Part shown: piece by piece, positions 53,005 through 62,482 of the stretch
Layout of the letters: each line of letters starts with the position of its first letter
Numbering within the stretch: position 1 is the stretch's first letter
NCBI GenBank assembly: GCA_964396475.1
Contig: CAYNFE010000003.1
Location: forward strand, 26,588-90,587
Length of the DNA stretch: 64,000 nucleotides
Source: Candidatus Woesearchaeota archaeon
Lineage (GTDB): Archaea; Nanobdellota; Nanobdellia; Pacearchaeales; UBA284
Direction of reading: 5' to 3'
The notes under the pieces: model-generated
What the model saw: only the letters and a program-made list of their open reading frames with translations
What the model was told of the DNA's origin: nothing
Database searches by the model: none
Made by a program: the position numbers and the translations under genes

Positions 53005-54546
53005 ATGATGAATATGGAAAGGCCAAGGGAATATCAAGAAGCTATTTTTAATACAGCAAAGAAATATAATACTTTAGTCGTACTTCCAACTGGTCTTGGA
53101 AAAACACTCATAGCTCTTCTTCTAGCTTCTTATATGATTAAAAAATATCCAGAATCAAAAATTTTATTTCTTGCCCCAACTCGCCCGCTCGTAGAACAAC
53201 ATTATGAATATTTCAAAAAAAGAATGTTAGATGACTATGAAAGTCATATCTTTACTGGAAAGATTAATGCCAAAAAAAGAGCAGAACTTTGGCAAAATGT
53301 AAAAATAATATTTTCTACTCCGCAATGTATTGAAAATGATCTTAAACATAAAAGAATTGATTTAAAGAATGTTTCTCTATTAATTGAAGATGAGTCTCAT
53401 AGATGCCTAAAAAATTATTCTTATGTTTATGTAGCCAAAACTTATCTGAAAGAAGCAAAAAAACCTAGACTCCTAGGTCTCACAGCAAGTCCAGGCAGCG
53501 ATGCTTCTGTAATCAAAAAAATATGTAAAAATCTAGGAATAGATGCTGTAGAAATAAGAACAAGAGAGAGTTCTGATGTTAAACCATATTTACAAGAACT
53601 AAAAAAAGAAATAATTAAAGTAGACTTAACAAAAGAATTGCAAGATATCCGTTTCCTTTTACAAGAAATTTATAAGAAAAGAATTGAAGAATTAAAAAAT
53701 AGAAAACTTTTGTTTGCAAGAACATCAAAAACAAATCTCATTGAGTTACAAAGAAAACTGCAGAGAATGATAGGGTCTGGAAATAGACATTTTAATAATC
53801 TAAGAGGTATAAGTGTATGCGCTCAAGCTATTAAAATACAACATCTACTTGAACTTCTTGAAACACAAAGTATAGAATCGGCACAAAATTATGTGAATGA
53901 TCTCTTCGAGCAAGATAAGCAAGGAAAAAGCAAAGCTGTAAAACAACTTGTAAAATCAAAAACATTTGGTGATGCTTATCTTTTACTGATGAAACTTTAT
54001 GAAAAAAATATAGAACATCCGAAATTTGAAAAACTTAAGGAAATAATGCAGAAAGAAATGGATAAAAATAAGGAGCTTAAAGCAATTATATTTTCGCAAT
54101 ATAGAGATAGTGTGAATAAAATATGCCAAATTTTGAAAACAAAAGATATCAAGGCTAAGGTTTTTATTGGTCAAGCTAAAAGAAGAACGGACGGCTTAAC
54201 TCAAATAGAGCAACAAGCTATTCTCAGAGAATTTAAACAAGGAAAAATTAATGTGCTCGTATCAACAAGTGTAGGTGAAGAGGGATTAGATATCCCAGAA
54301 GTTGATCTTGTAGTTTTTTACGAACCAATTCCTAGTGCGATAAGAAAAATCCAGAGAGCAGGAAGAACAGCCAGATTAAAACCAGGAAAACTAATAATTC
54401 TAATGACAAAAGGAACAAGGGATGAAAGTTACCATTGGGCAGCTTATCATAAAGAAAAAAAGATGTATCAAGCTTTAGAAGATATGAAAAAAGACTTTAA
54501 AAATAAGCTTGATAAAAAAGAACAAAAGAAAATTAATGAATTCTAA
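53005..54546 (+). CDS. hef: Hef-type (ERCC4-related, COG1111) SF2 helicase, helicase part only
   Basis: PREYQ, LPTGLGKT (motif I), EDESHR (motif II), LTASPG, VSTSVGEEGLDIPEVD, QRAGRTAR. Confidence 0.85.
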   Translation: MMNMERPREYQEAIFNTAKKYNTLVVLPTGLGKTLIALLLASYMIKKYPESKILFLAPTRPLVEQHYEYFKKRMLDDYESHIFTGKINAKKRAELWQNVKIIFSTPQCIENDLKHKRIDLKNVSLLIEDESHRCLKNYSYVYVAKTYLKEAKKPRLLGLTASPGSDASVIKKICKNLGIDAVEIRTRESSDVKPYLQELKKEIIKVDLTKELQDIRFLLQEIYKKRIEELKNRKLLFARTSKTNLIELQRKLQRMIGSGNRHFNNLRGISVCAQAIKIQHLLELLETQSIESAQNYVNDLFEQDKQGKSKAVKQLVKSKTFGDAYLLLMKLYEKNIEHPKFEKLKEIMQKEMDKNKELKAIIFSQYRDSVNKICQILKTKDIKAKVFIGQAKRRTDGLTQIEQQAILREFKQGKINVLVSTSVGEEGLDIPEVDLVVFYEPIPSAIRKIQRAGRTARLKPGKLIILMTKGTRDESYHWAAYHKEKKMYQALEDMKKDFKNKLDKKEQKKINEF

Positions 54547-54588
54547 AGAAAGAAAAAGATTTTAAAATCAAACAACTTATTTCTTTCA

Positions 54589-56694
54589 ATGAAAAAGAGG
54601 TCTAAAAGATTCAGAAATCGAATCAAAAAAATAAGAAAAAGAGACGGTTCTACAGTATCTTTTAATTCAAATAAAATAACTGTTGCTATTCTAAAAGCTA
54701 TGGTTGTTCTTGACCTTAAAAATAAAAAAAATGCAAGAAAAATCACTTCTGATGTTATCTTATTGCTTAATGAAAGAATCAACAGATTTGAAAATAAGAT
54801 GCCAACAGTAGAACAAATTCAAGAAATTGTTGAAGAAGTTCTTGAGAGATATAATGAAAGATTATTCAAAGTTTATTCACTATACAGACGTTCTAGGCAT
54901 ATTGCAAGAGATATTAGGAATTTTTTCAAGATAAGAGATGATATGAAATTTAGTGCAAATGCATTAAAGGTTTTAGAAGAAAGATATCTTTTAAAAGATG
55001 ATAAAGGAAAAATTATTGAAACACCAATACAGATGTTTAAACGTGTTTCAAAAACAATAGCCAGCGTAGATAAAAAATTTAAAAGAAATCCAAAAAAAGC
55101 TGAAAAAGAATTTTTTGAAATCATGAAAAATCTTGAATTTCTACCAAATAGTCCAACTTTAATGAATGCTGGAACATCAATTGGCCAACTAAGTGCTTGT
55201 TTTGTCTTGCCTATAGAAGACAGCCTTGATAGTATCTCAACAACATTAAAGAACATGACAAAAATACAACAGACAGGTGGGGGCACAGGATTTTCTTTCT
55301 CTAAAATAAGACCTAAAGGAGATGTAGTTAAAAGTACAAAAGGTATTGCAAGTGGTCCAGTCAGTTTTATTAAAGTCTATGATAAAACAACAGAAGTCAT
55401 TAAGCAAGGCGGCAGAAGAAGAGGAGCAAATATGGCTGTTTTACACTGTACACACCCAGATATAGAAGAATTTATTGTATCAAAACAAAAAGCAAAACAA
55501 TTAAGTAATTTTAATATAAGTGTGGCTGCAACAGATGCTTTTATGAATGCATCCCTAAAAAATAAAATTTTTAGTCTAATAAATCCCAGAACAAAAAGAA
55601 TAGTTAAAAAAATAAATGCAAGAAAACTTTTTGATGAGATGTGCAAAGCAGCATGGAAGACTGGAGATCCTGGGCTTGTTTTTATAGATGAAATCAACAG
55701 AAAACAGCCAACACCAAAGCTAGGAAAAATAGAAGCAACTAATCCTTGTGGAGAAGTTCCCTTACTTGCATATGAATCTTGTAATCTTGGTTCAATTAAT
55801 CTGGCAAAATTTGTTGAAAAAAGAAAAATAAATTTCAGTAGATTGAAAAAGATTATCCATATAGCTGTTCATTTTCTAGACAATGTTATTGAAAAAAATA
55901 AATATCCTCTTCCTGAAATAGAAAAAATAACAAAAGCAAACAGGAAAATTGGTCTGGGAATAATGGGTTTTGCAGATACGCTCATAAAATTAAGAATTCC
56001 TTACAATTCAGAAAAAGCGCTAAAGACAGCAAAAAAAATAATGTCTTTTATTGATAAAGAAGCAAAAAATGCTAGCATAGATCTTGGAAGAAAAAGAGGC
56101 TCTTTCCATAATCTAAAAAAAAGTAAATACAAAAAACTAAAACACTTAAGAAATGCTACAAGAACAACAATAGCCCCGACAGGCTCAATTTCAATCATAG
56201 CTGGATGTAGCTCAGGAATTGAACCTTTGTTTGCAATAGCATTTGTAAGAGAAATTATGGAAGGTAAAAAGCTTATTGAAATAAATCACGATTTTAAAAT
56301 AGAGGCCATAAAAAAAGATTTGTATACTGATAATTTAATAAAAAAGATTGCTTTTGCAGGCTCAGTAAGAAGGGCTTCTATTCCAAAAGAAATGAAAAAA
56401 ATCTATATGACTGCATTAGAGATTCCAACAGAATATCACATAAAAATGCAGGCTATATTCCAAAAATATACAAATAATGCAGTTAGCAAGACAATAAACT
56501 TCCCAAAAAAAGTCTCAGTAGAAAAAGTAAAAAAAGCTTACTTAATGGCATGGCGCTTAAAGTGCAAAGGGATAACCATTTATCGTTATGGTAGTAAGCC
56601 AGAACAAGTATTATATCTTGGACAAGGAAAAAAACTGACAAAAGCTGAACTTCATTATGCTGGTGGTTCAGCTTGCTCTGAGTGTTCTATTTAG
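54589..56694 (+). CDS. nrdJ: Ribonucleoside-triphosphate/diphosphate reductase, class II (B12-dependent), with an N-terminal ATP-cone
   Basis: ATP-cone IRKRDGSTVSFNSNKIT. LPNSPTLMNAG. ATNPCGEVPL. TIAPTGSIS. C-terminal Cys pair CSECS. Confidence 0.9.
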   Translation: MKKRSKRFRNRIKKIRKRDGSTVSFNSNKITVAILKAMVVLDLKNKKNARKITSDVILLLNERINRFENKMPTVEQIQEIVEEVLERYNERLFKVYSLYRRSRHIARDIRNFFKIRDDMKFSANALKVLEERYLLKDDKGKIIETPIQMFKRVSKTIASVDKKFKRNPKKAEKEFFEIMKNLEFLPNSPTLMNAGTSIGQLSACFVLPIEDSLDSISTTLKNMTKIQQTGGGTGFSFSKIRPKGDVVKSTKGIASGPVSFIKVYDKTTEVIKQGGRRRGANMAVLHCTHPDIEEFIVSKQKAKQLSNFNISVAATDAFMNASLKNKIFSLINPRTKRIVKKINARKLFDEMCKAAWKTGDPGLVFIDEINRKQPTPKLGKIEATNPCGEVPLLAYESCNLGSINLAKFVEKRKINFSRLKKIIHIAVHFLDNVIEKNKYPLPEIEKITKANRKIGLGIMGFADTLIKLRIPYNSEKALKTAKKIMSFIDKEAKNASIDLGRKRGSFHNLKKSKYKKLKHLRNATRTTIAPTGSISIIAGCSSGIEPLFAIAFVREIMEGKKLIEINHDFKIEAIKKDLYTDNLIKKIAFAGSVRRASIPKEMKKIYMTALEIPTEYHIKMQAIFQKYTNNAVSKTINFPKKVSVEKVKKAYLMAWRLKCKGITIYRYGSKPEQVLYLGQGKKLTKAELHYAGGSACSECSI

Positions 56695-56724
56695 ATTGGC
56701 AAACTTATGTCTTTTTTTTAAAAC

Positions 56725-57003
56725 TCATATTAAACTAAATATCCCTTTCTGCCCAACTGCGAGAGCTGCTAAAAGAAATAATAATGGAGGAAGACTGACA
56801 AAGAAATTTATTAATATAAATATGGCAGCCACTATATCTATAACACTAGCTATATCAAAATTTAATATGAAAGGTAAAGATTTTACAGTTAGAATTATGA
56901 TCACTATTAACAATAATAAAAAAGGTATGTTTATATTAAATGCTATTAGAAATAAAATTAAAGCTATAATCAAATCTAATACACCTAATATTTTTACTAG
57001 CAT
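56725..57003 (-). CDS. Small three-TM membrane protein, function unknown
   Basis: 92 aa of clean hydrophobic helices. Preferred over the overlapping + strand ORF 56657-57022, whose product is low-complexity and basic. Confidence 0.4.
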   Translation of the reverse strand: MLVKILGVLDLIIALILFLIAFNINIPFLLLLIVIIILTVKSLPFILNFDIASVIDIVAAIFILINFFVSLPPLLFLLAALAVGQKGIFSLI

Positions 57004-57044
57004 AAAAATTAAAAGACGCTGATGTTTTAAAATTTTGCGATAAA

Positions 57045-57680
57045 ATGATAATAATAGACAAAAGAGAAAAGAACTCCTTAATTATATCTGAACTTATAGA
57101 AAGAAAATATAAAATTGAACTAAAGCAGCTAAAAGTAGCAGATTATATCATAGGAAATGTAGCTATAGAAAGAAAAACAATTTCTGACTTCATAAGCTCA
57201 ATGTTAAATAAACGATTACTTAGGCAGATTGAAGAACTAAAACAATATCCTCAACCAATCCTCCTTATAGAAGGTGTAGACGATCATCCTCTTTATGAGT
57301 TTGGGAAAGTAAATCCAAATGCCATAAGAGGGATGATGTTATCTGTAATGTTAGATTTCAATATTCCAATAATTCTAACAAAAAATTATGAAGATACTGT
57401 TAATTTTCTTATTCTTCTGGAAAAAAGACAGAGTAAGAAGCCAAAAGAAATATCTCTAAAAGTTAAGAGAAAAGCTTATAGTTTAGGAGAACAGCAACAA
57501 TTCATTCTAGAATCTTTTCCTGGAATAGGCCCAGCAACAGCAAAAAAACTTCTAAAATACTTTAAGAATATAAAGAAAGTAATCAATGCAAAAGAAAAAG
57601 ACCTCATCAAAGCAAAACTTCATAAAAATAAAGTCGAAGCAATGAAAAAAATTATAGAGACTGAGTACAAAGAAAAATAA
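57045..57680 (+). CDS. ERCC4-type (XPF/Hef/Mus81) structure-specific nuclease with C-terminal HhH2
   Basis: VADYIIGNVAIERKTISDFISS (GDxn-ERKxxxD motif). C-terminal ESFPGIGPATAKKLL helix-hairpin-helix. Confidence 0.88.
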   Translation: MIIIDKREKNSLIISELIERKYKIELKQLKVADYIIGNVAIERKTISDFISSMLNKRLLRQIEELKQYPQPILLIEGVDDHPLYEFGKVNPNAIRGMMLSVMLDFNIPIILTKNYEDTVNFLILLEKRQSKKPKEISLKVKRKAYSLGEQQQFILESFPGIGPATAKKLLKYFKNIKKVINAKEKDLIKAKLHKNKVEAMKKIIETEYKEK

Positions 57681-57938
57681 TCAAGAATTTGATCTATTTG
57701 CAATTCTCGCTAGATTATCAAAAAAAGGCTTATATCTTTGTTCATCATATATTCTATTAATTGTTTCTTCGATTGATTCATTTCTAAATCTTTCAATTAT
57801 TTTATAAATTTGCATAGAAAAATATGAATTAAGGCCTTTCGTTCTGAGATCTGATTTATATTTTATATTATCTTTATTATTCTTATTAATAGAATCTATA
57901 CAATATGTTAATAATTCTAAACCATCTAAAAACACCAT
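57681..57938 (-). CDS. Hypothetical protein
   Basis: 85-aa ORF with an ATG start. No motif recognised. Confidence 0.4.
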   Translation of the reverse strand: MVFLDGLELLTYCIDSINKNNKDNIKYKSDLRTKGLNSYFSMQIYKIIERFRNESIEETINRIYDEQRYKPFFDNLARIANRSNS

Positions 57939-57980
57939 TAAAGTAACAAAAAGAAACTAAAATTAATAAATTTTATTGTA

Positions 57981-58529
57981 CTAAAATTCAAACTTAGCAA
58001 TATCTTCATAGACAGGCCCTTCTCTTGTCAGTGTAGATTTCTTCAATGAAAAATTCTTTATTTCAAATTCTAAAGGCTCGATAGTTATCTGTTTAAGTCC
58101 TTCGATAAATTTTTGTTTATCCCTAATATACTTAACTCTAGCCAAGGTTATGTGTGTTTCAAAATTTTTATTTTTTTTAAAACCTAGAATTTCATTTACT
58201 AAATTATCTATTTTCTTTTCAAGTTCAATAAGCTGTTCTTTAGGCAGAATATCAATCCAAACTACACGAATAAAATTTAATGAAGGAAAAACACCAAAAG
58301 TATTCAATTTTACTTTAAAAGATTCAAATTTTATTGTTTTCAACGCTTCTTTTACTTTGTTTATCTGTTCATCTGTTAGATCCCCTAAAAATTTGATAGT
58401 TATGTGTAGATTTTCTAGTTCCACTGATTTTAATTTTGCTCTCTGATCTAAATTTCTTACCTCTTTTCCTGATTGCTCCAATAATTTTCTAATTTCTTTT
58501 GGTAAATCTATGGCAATAAAGCATCTCAT
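57981..58529 (-). CDS. thpR: RNA 2',3'-cyclic phosphodiesterase / 2'-5' RNA ligase (2H family)
   Basis: Two HxT/S motifs, HITIKFLG and HITLARV, at the expected spacing. Confidence 0.88.
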   Translation of the reverse strand: MRCFIAIDLPKEIRKLLEQSGKEVRNLDQRAKLKSVELENLHITIKFLGDLTDEQINKVKEALKTIKFESFKVKLNTFGVFPSLNFIRVVWIDILPKEQLIELEKKIDNLVNEILGFKKNKNFETHITLARVKYIRDKQKFIEGLKQITIEPLEFEIKNFSLKKSTLTREGPVYEDIAKFEF

Positions 58530-59206
58530 TTTTCTTTGTTTTGTAATTTATCTTCAAGAAAAGATTCTATCTTAGAATTAATTTCATTCCAAGAATAATC
58601 ATGCCCAGAAACATGAAGAGCTTGCGCGAAACTTGGTCTTTGGCCATTTCTTGAAAAAGTAAATTTAAAAAGTGATTTGATTAAATTTGGGATTAATTCA
58701 TCTAGTCTTCTCTTGGTTAAAGGATCTGTCCCATTATTATCTATTCTAAGAATATTCTTAGATTCAAATTTATCAAACCAAAAAGGAAGACCAACCTCTA
58801 TACTATAAATTTTATATTTTTTGGGAATCTGTCTAATGGTTTTATCAATAAAAGCAGCCCCATTTGAAAGACCCGCAAGTATTACATAAGTGTTTGATTC
58901 TAATAATTCACTCTCTAGAGATTTTATTTTATTTGCTAGAATTTTTGATGAAAATTGAAAAGAACTTAAAAAATCTCTAAGTCCTATTATTTTTCCAAAT
59001 AAATTATTTTCTATGCGATAGTATTCCAAGACAGTATGATTATAACCTTTTTTATCTAGAATTTGTTGAATGCCTTCTATGATAGGTGCGAAATCTTCTG
59101 CTTCTTTTAAGGGTGTATTACCCCATCCTCCTGGATTATATATTATAAGAATGTTAGAACCATCTTTAGAATAATTTGGATTGTTTGGATATGATATATG
59201 TGCCAT
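58526..59206 (-). CDS. Hypothetical alpha/beta-hydrolase-like protein
   Basis: Nucleophile-elbow-like ILAGLSNGAAF and a later HVSGHDY. Weak assignment. Confidence 0.45.
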   Translation of the reverse strand: MAHISYPNNPNYSKDGSNILIIYNPGGWGNTPLKEAEDFAPIIEGIQQILDKKGYNHTVLEYYRIENNLFGKIIGLRDFLSSFQFSSKILANKIKSLESELLESNTYVILAGLSNGAAFIDKTIRQIPKKYKIYSIEVGLPFWFDKFESKNILRIDNNGTDPLTKRRLDELIPNLIKSLFKFTFSRNGQRPSFAQALHVSGHDYSWNEINSKIESFLEDKLQNKEK

Positions 59207-59207
59207 T

Positions 59208-59951
59208 TTACATAAATTCTTCTATAATCTTAACTCCTAGTTTAACTGTTAGATTATTTATATCTTTATCTGGATTTATTTCTACTAAATCAATTGCCTT
59301 TAAATTTTTTAGTGAAGACAATTTTTGAATTAAATAAATAAACTGGCTACTTGACAAGCCCCCTGGTTCAGCATAGCCTGTCCCTGGTGCGATATTTGGA
59401 TCTATAATATCAATATCAATGCTTAAATATAAAGAATCAAATTTGCGTGCTTTTTCTGTTATTATATCAACTACTTCTTTAAAATCAGAAGCTAGCTCTT
59501 TCATCAAAAAACAATTAACTTTTTTCTCTTTTAAAAACTCTTTTTCTTCAGATTCAACATTTCTAAGCCCAATTAACATAATATTTTTAGGATTAAAACC
59601 ATCATCAATCAAAGCTCTTATCCATTCTTCATGTGTTGGTTCTTTCATTGCTGGCATACAATCAGCATGAGCATCCAAAATAATAAGCCCAGTATCTTTA
59701 TTCACAGACTGAAAAGCCCTAACTAAAGGAAAAGATATTGAATGATCCCCACCTAAAAAAATACTAAAATCTTTCTTTAAAAAATCAATAGCTTTTTCTG
59801 ATATAATCTTAATATTTTCTTCAATATTCTCATTATTAATTTTGATTTCCTCTGACTTTATTTTTAATTCTTTCGTTAATAAATCAGGAGTTTTCTCACA
59901 GCCTTTAGTCTTGCCTAAACCATTTATTGCAGGAACTTTAACAATCAACAT
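59208..59951 (-). CDS. speB: Agmatinase/arginase-family ureohydrolase
   Basis: GGDHSISFP, ILDAHADC, LSIDIDIIDP, DLVEINP (Mn-binding motifs). Confidence 0.88.
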   Translation of the reverse strand: MLIVKVPAINGLGKTKGCEKTPDLLTKELKIKSEEIKINNENIEENIKIISEKAIDFLKKDFSIFLGGDHSISFPLVRAFQSVNKDTGLIILDAHADCMPAMKEPTHEEWIRALIDDGFNPKNIMLIGLRNVESEEKEFLKEKKVNCFLMKELASDFKEVVDIITEKARKFDSLYLSIDIDIIDPNIAPGTGYAEPGGLSSSQFIYLIQKLSSLKNLKAIDLVEINPDKDINNLTVKLGVKIIEEFM

Positions 59952-59953
59952 TT

Positions 59954-61156
59954 TTAATCTGAAACAAGAACCATAGAACTATAGTTTTTTATTTTTGCTA
60001 GCTTTTTAATATCTTGAAGTTTAACATCAGATATTTTCTTAGGATAATCATAAAATTCTTCTGCTTTGGTTGCTATCTCTTGAAATAAAAGATTAGTTGC
60101 GACATTCCTACAATCTTCAAGACCAAGTTCCCAATTACCTATTTTTTGTTCTTTTGCTTCATCTAGGTCTTTTGTCTTAATTTTAGCCATATCTCTAACT
60201 TCTTTAAGTACAATTTCCTTAACTTTCTTTATATTCTTTTTTTCTATGCCAGCATAAATTAAGGAGTATCCATAATCTTTTTCCTGATCAAGATAGCTAT
60301 GAATAGTATAAGCCCATCCTCTCTTTTCCCTGACTTCTTGAAACAAAATAGAAGACATACCCTCACCAAGAATTGCATTGAAAATCTCACTAGCATATCT
60401 CATTTTACTAGAGAGAGGAGGAGAATGAAATCCTAAAGCAAAATGTGTCTGATCCAAACCTTGTCTTTTCTCTATCACATTAGTATTTTTTAGTAATGGC
60501 TTAATACTATGTTTAGGAATTATATTTTCTTTTGTTTTTTTAAAATATTTTTTACCAAATTCATCAATATCCTTTAGATTAGCGTTTCCAACAACAGAAA
60601 TAATTAAATTTTCTGGTCCATAATATTTTTGCCAGTCTAAAAAATCTTTTCTTTTGAATCTTTTAATATTTTCTTTACTGCCAAGAATAGGCATAGCAAA
60701 AGGCTTAGCATATAATAATTCTTTAGTCTTATCAAAAAGATAATGCTGAGGTGTATCATGGCATCTATCTATCTCAGATAAAATAACTCCTCTTTCTCTT
60801 TCGATGTCTCTATCAGCAAATTTTGAATTTTTTATACAATCTAATATAATATCAATACCTATATCAAAATGTTTTGAAGGAATTTTTATATGAAAATTCG
60901 TTATCTGTTCTGCTGTAAAAGCATTTAAAATACCACCAACTTTTTCAATGCAATAACTTATTTGTTTTGTAGTTCTTTTTTTTGTTGGGCCCTTAAAAAC
61001 CATATGTTCAGAAAAATGTGCAATTCCTTTATTTTTTATAGTTTCGTAAGCTGCTCCAGCTCTAGTAGCTGACATAATTGCGACTATGGGTAAATCTCTT
61101 TTCTCAAATAAAATAGTTAATCCACTTTTTTGCTTTATTTTATAAAATTCAACCAT
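59954..61156 (-). CDS. M16-family (pitrilysin-like) zinc peptidase
   Basis: Inverted zinc motif HFSEHMVFKG (HxxEH) and a downstream ERGVILSE. Confidence 0.85.
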   Translation of the reverse strand: MVEFYKIKQKSGLTILFEKRDLPIVAIMSATRAGAAYETIKNKGIAHFSEHMVFKGPTKKRTTKQISYCIEKVGGILNAFTAEQITNFHIKIPSKHFDIGIDIILDCIKNSKFADRDIERERGVILSEIDRCHDTPQHYLFDKTKELLYAKPFAMPILGSKENIKRFKRKDFLDWQKYYGPENLIISVVGNANLKDIDEFGKKYFKKTKENIIPKHSIKPLLKNTNVIEKRQGLDQTHFALGFHSPPLSSKMRYASEIFNAILGEGMSSILFQEVREKRGWAYTIHSYLDQEKDYGYSLIYAGIEKKNIKKVKEIVLKEVRDMAKIKTKDLDEAKEQKIGNWELGLEDCRNVATNLLFQEIATKAEEFYDYPKKISDVKLQDIKKLAKIKNYSSMVLVSD

Positions 61157-61323
61157 ACTATACCAAAAAAATTATGTTTTAAATTATTTTCTACTATTAA
61201 AATATCTTATAAAATGATTATAAATTATCATCACAATGTATTTAAATTAAAAAAACCAAGAAATAATAGGCTTTCGGGGGAAAGAAATGTTAAAAAAAGA
61301 TTTGAACTTTTTCTGTATTTTTT

Positions 61324-62025
61324 CTATTTTTTAATTTTTTTCTTCTTCTTTTTTCTTTTTATTTTTTTAATCATTAAAAAATGTCTGTAAGGGCTCTCAC
61401 TCATAATTTTTGCTGAAATCTCTATTTTTTCTTTGAATAAAGGCATATCTAAAACAGCAGTCTCAGCATCCCCCCCTTCAAATTCAAGATTAAATCCATA
61501 TTTTCTACTTCTCTCAATCATTTCCTGAAATAATTTTTTATCAATCTCTTTTCCTAAAAAAAATATATCTAGGCCCTCGCAACAAATTTTTGTTAGAATA
61601 ATTTCGAAATTATTCTTTAAACATTCTTTCCAGATCTCTGTTGCTTTAAATCCCCAGAGAGGATTGAAAATTTTAAGATTAAATTTTCTAGCAGTTTTTT
61701 CAATTCTTATTTTCTGATATTTTGAAGCCACACCTCCTGTAATAATATAATTAACTTTCTCTTTAATCTTACTAAACAATTTTTCTAAATCTTTAATTTC
61801 CTTCTCTTTTTCTGTTTCGCTCTCTTGTGTTATTAGAGGTATACCAAGAGATTCTGCCTGTGCTTTTAGAAGAATTACTGAGGGTTTATGATACATATAA
61901 GAATCATAAGAACTTGGAATTATAGTTAAAAGATATTTGATATTGAATCCTTTATTTTTAGCCTTAAGTAAAGCTAAACAAGAATCCTTCCCTCCAGAAA
62001 AGAGAACTGCTGCTGTTTTTATCAT
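61324..62025 (-). CDS. dph6: Diphthine--ammonia ligase-like ATP-pyrophosphatase (MJ0570/Dph6 N-domain family) with a poly-Lys tail
   Basis: PP-loop AVLFSGGKDSCLAL. EGGDAETAVLD. C-terminal KKIKRKKKKKKIKK. Confidence 0.8.
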   Translation of the reverse strand: MIKTAAVLFSGGKDSCLALLKAKNKGFNIKYLLTIIPSSYDSYMYHKPSVILLKAQAESLGIPLITQESETEKEKEIKDLEKLFSKIKEKVNYIITGGVASKYQKIRIEKTARKFNLKIFNPLWGFKATEIWKECLKNNFEIILTKICCEGLDIFFLGKEIDKKLFQEMIERSRKYGFNLEFEGGDAETAVLDMPLFKEKIEISAKIMSESPYRHFLMIKKIKRKKKKKKIKK

Positions 62026-62253
62026 TTTTAATTAAAATATTGACATTTAATAAGGCTTTCGCCGTCTATAAATTGTGGTTAAAAAAATAGATATACAAAA
62101 TATAGTATTTTTTATAGATTTTCCGACGATAAAAGTCTAAAAGGTAAAAATACCGAAGAGAAAGATTTAAAAAGTTGTTAAATTAAAAAAAATTACAGTT
62201 AACAGAAATGTTAGAAAAAGAAGTGAGAATTCTAGGCTAGGGTAAGGAGAGAA

Positions 62254-62478
62254 ATGGCATTTACAGCAGGCGGTTGCCGCGATTTAAGACATTATATGAA
62301 TGACCCAAAAATTCTTGAGGCATTTGGCAAAATTATCAGTGGAAAATCTGGTTATATACCAGTTGTGGAGAAGAGGAAAGAAGTATTAGTTTGTTCAAGA
62401 TGTAACAAGCAATTAATGGGTGACGAGAAATTTTGTTCAGAGTGCGGCACAAAAGTTGAAAAAAAGAAAACAGAATAA
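62254..62478 (+). CDS. Small zinc-ribbon protein
   Basis: Strong SD (AAGGAGAG) 5 nt upstream. CSRCNKQL...FCSECGTKV. Confidence 0.6.
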   Translation: MAFTAGGCRDLRHYMNDPKILEAFGKIISGKSGYIPVVEKRKEVLVCSRCNKQLMGDEKFCSECGTKVEKKKTE

Positions 62479-62482
62479 AAAT

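Noticed and set aside
54589-56694. I checked the class II RNR for an intein, which is common in archaeal RNRs.
   Set aside because: A length of 701 aa, including the ATP-cone, is normal. The catalytic blocks are contiguous, and I saw no intein splice-junction or homing-endonuclease motifs.
56657-57022. A 121-aa + strand ORF overlapping the end of nrdJ.
   Set aside because: Its product is basic and low-complexity. The opposite-strand ORF 56725-57003 gives a clean three-helix membrane protein, so I preferred that one, although with modest confidence.
61130-61390. An 86-aa + strand ORF spanning the M16/dph6 intergenic region.
   Set aside because: It overlaps the ends of two confident reverse-strand genes. 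Its F/L/K-rich product is derived from poly-T/A tracts.
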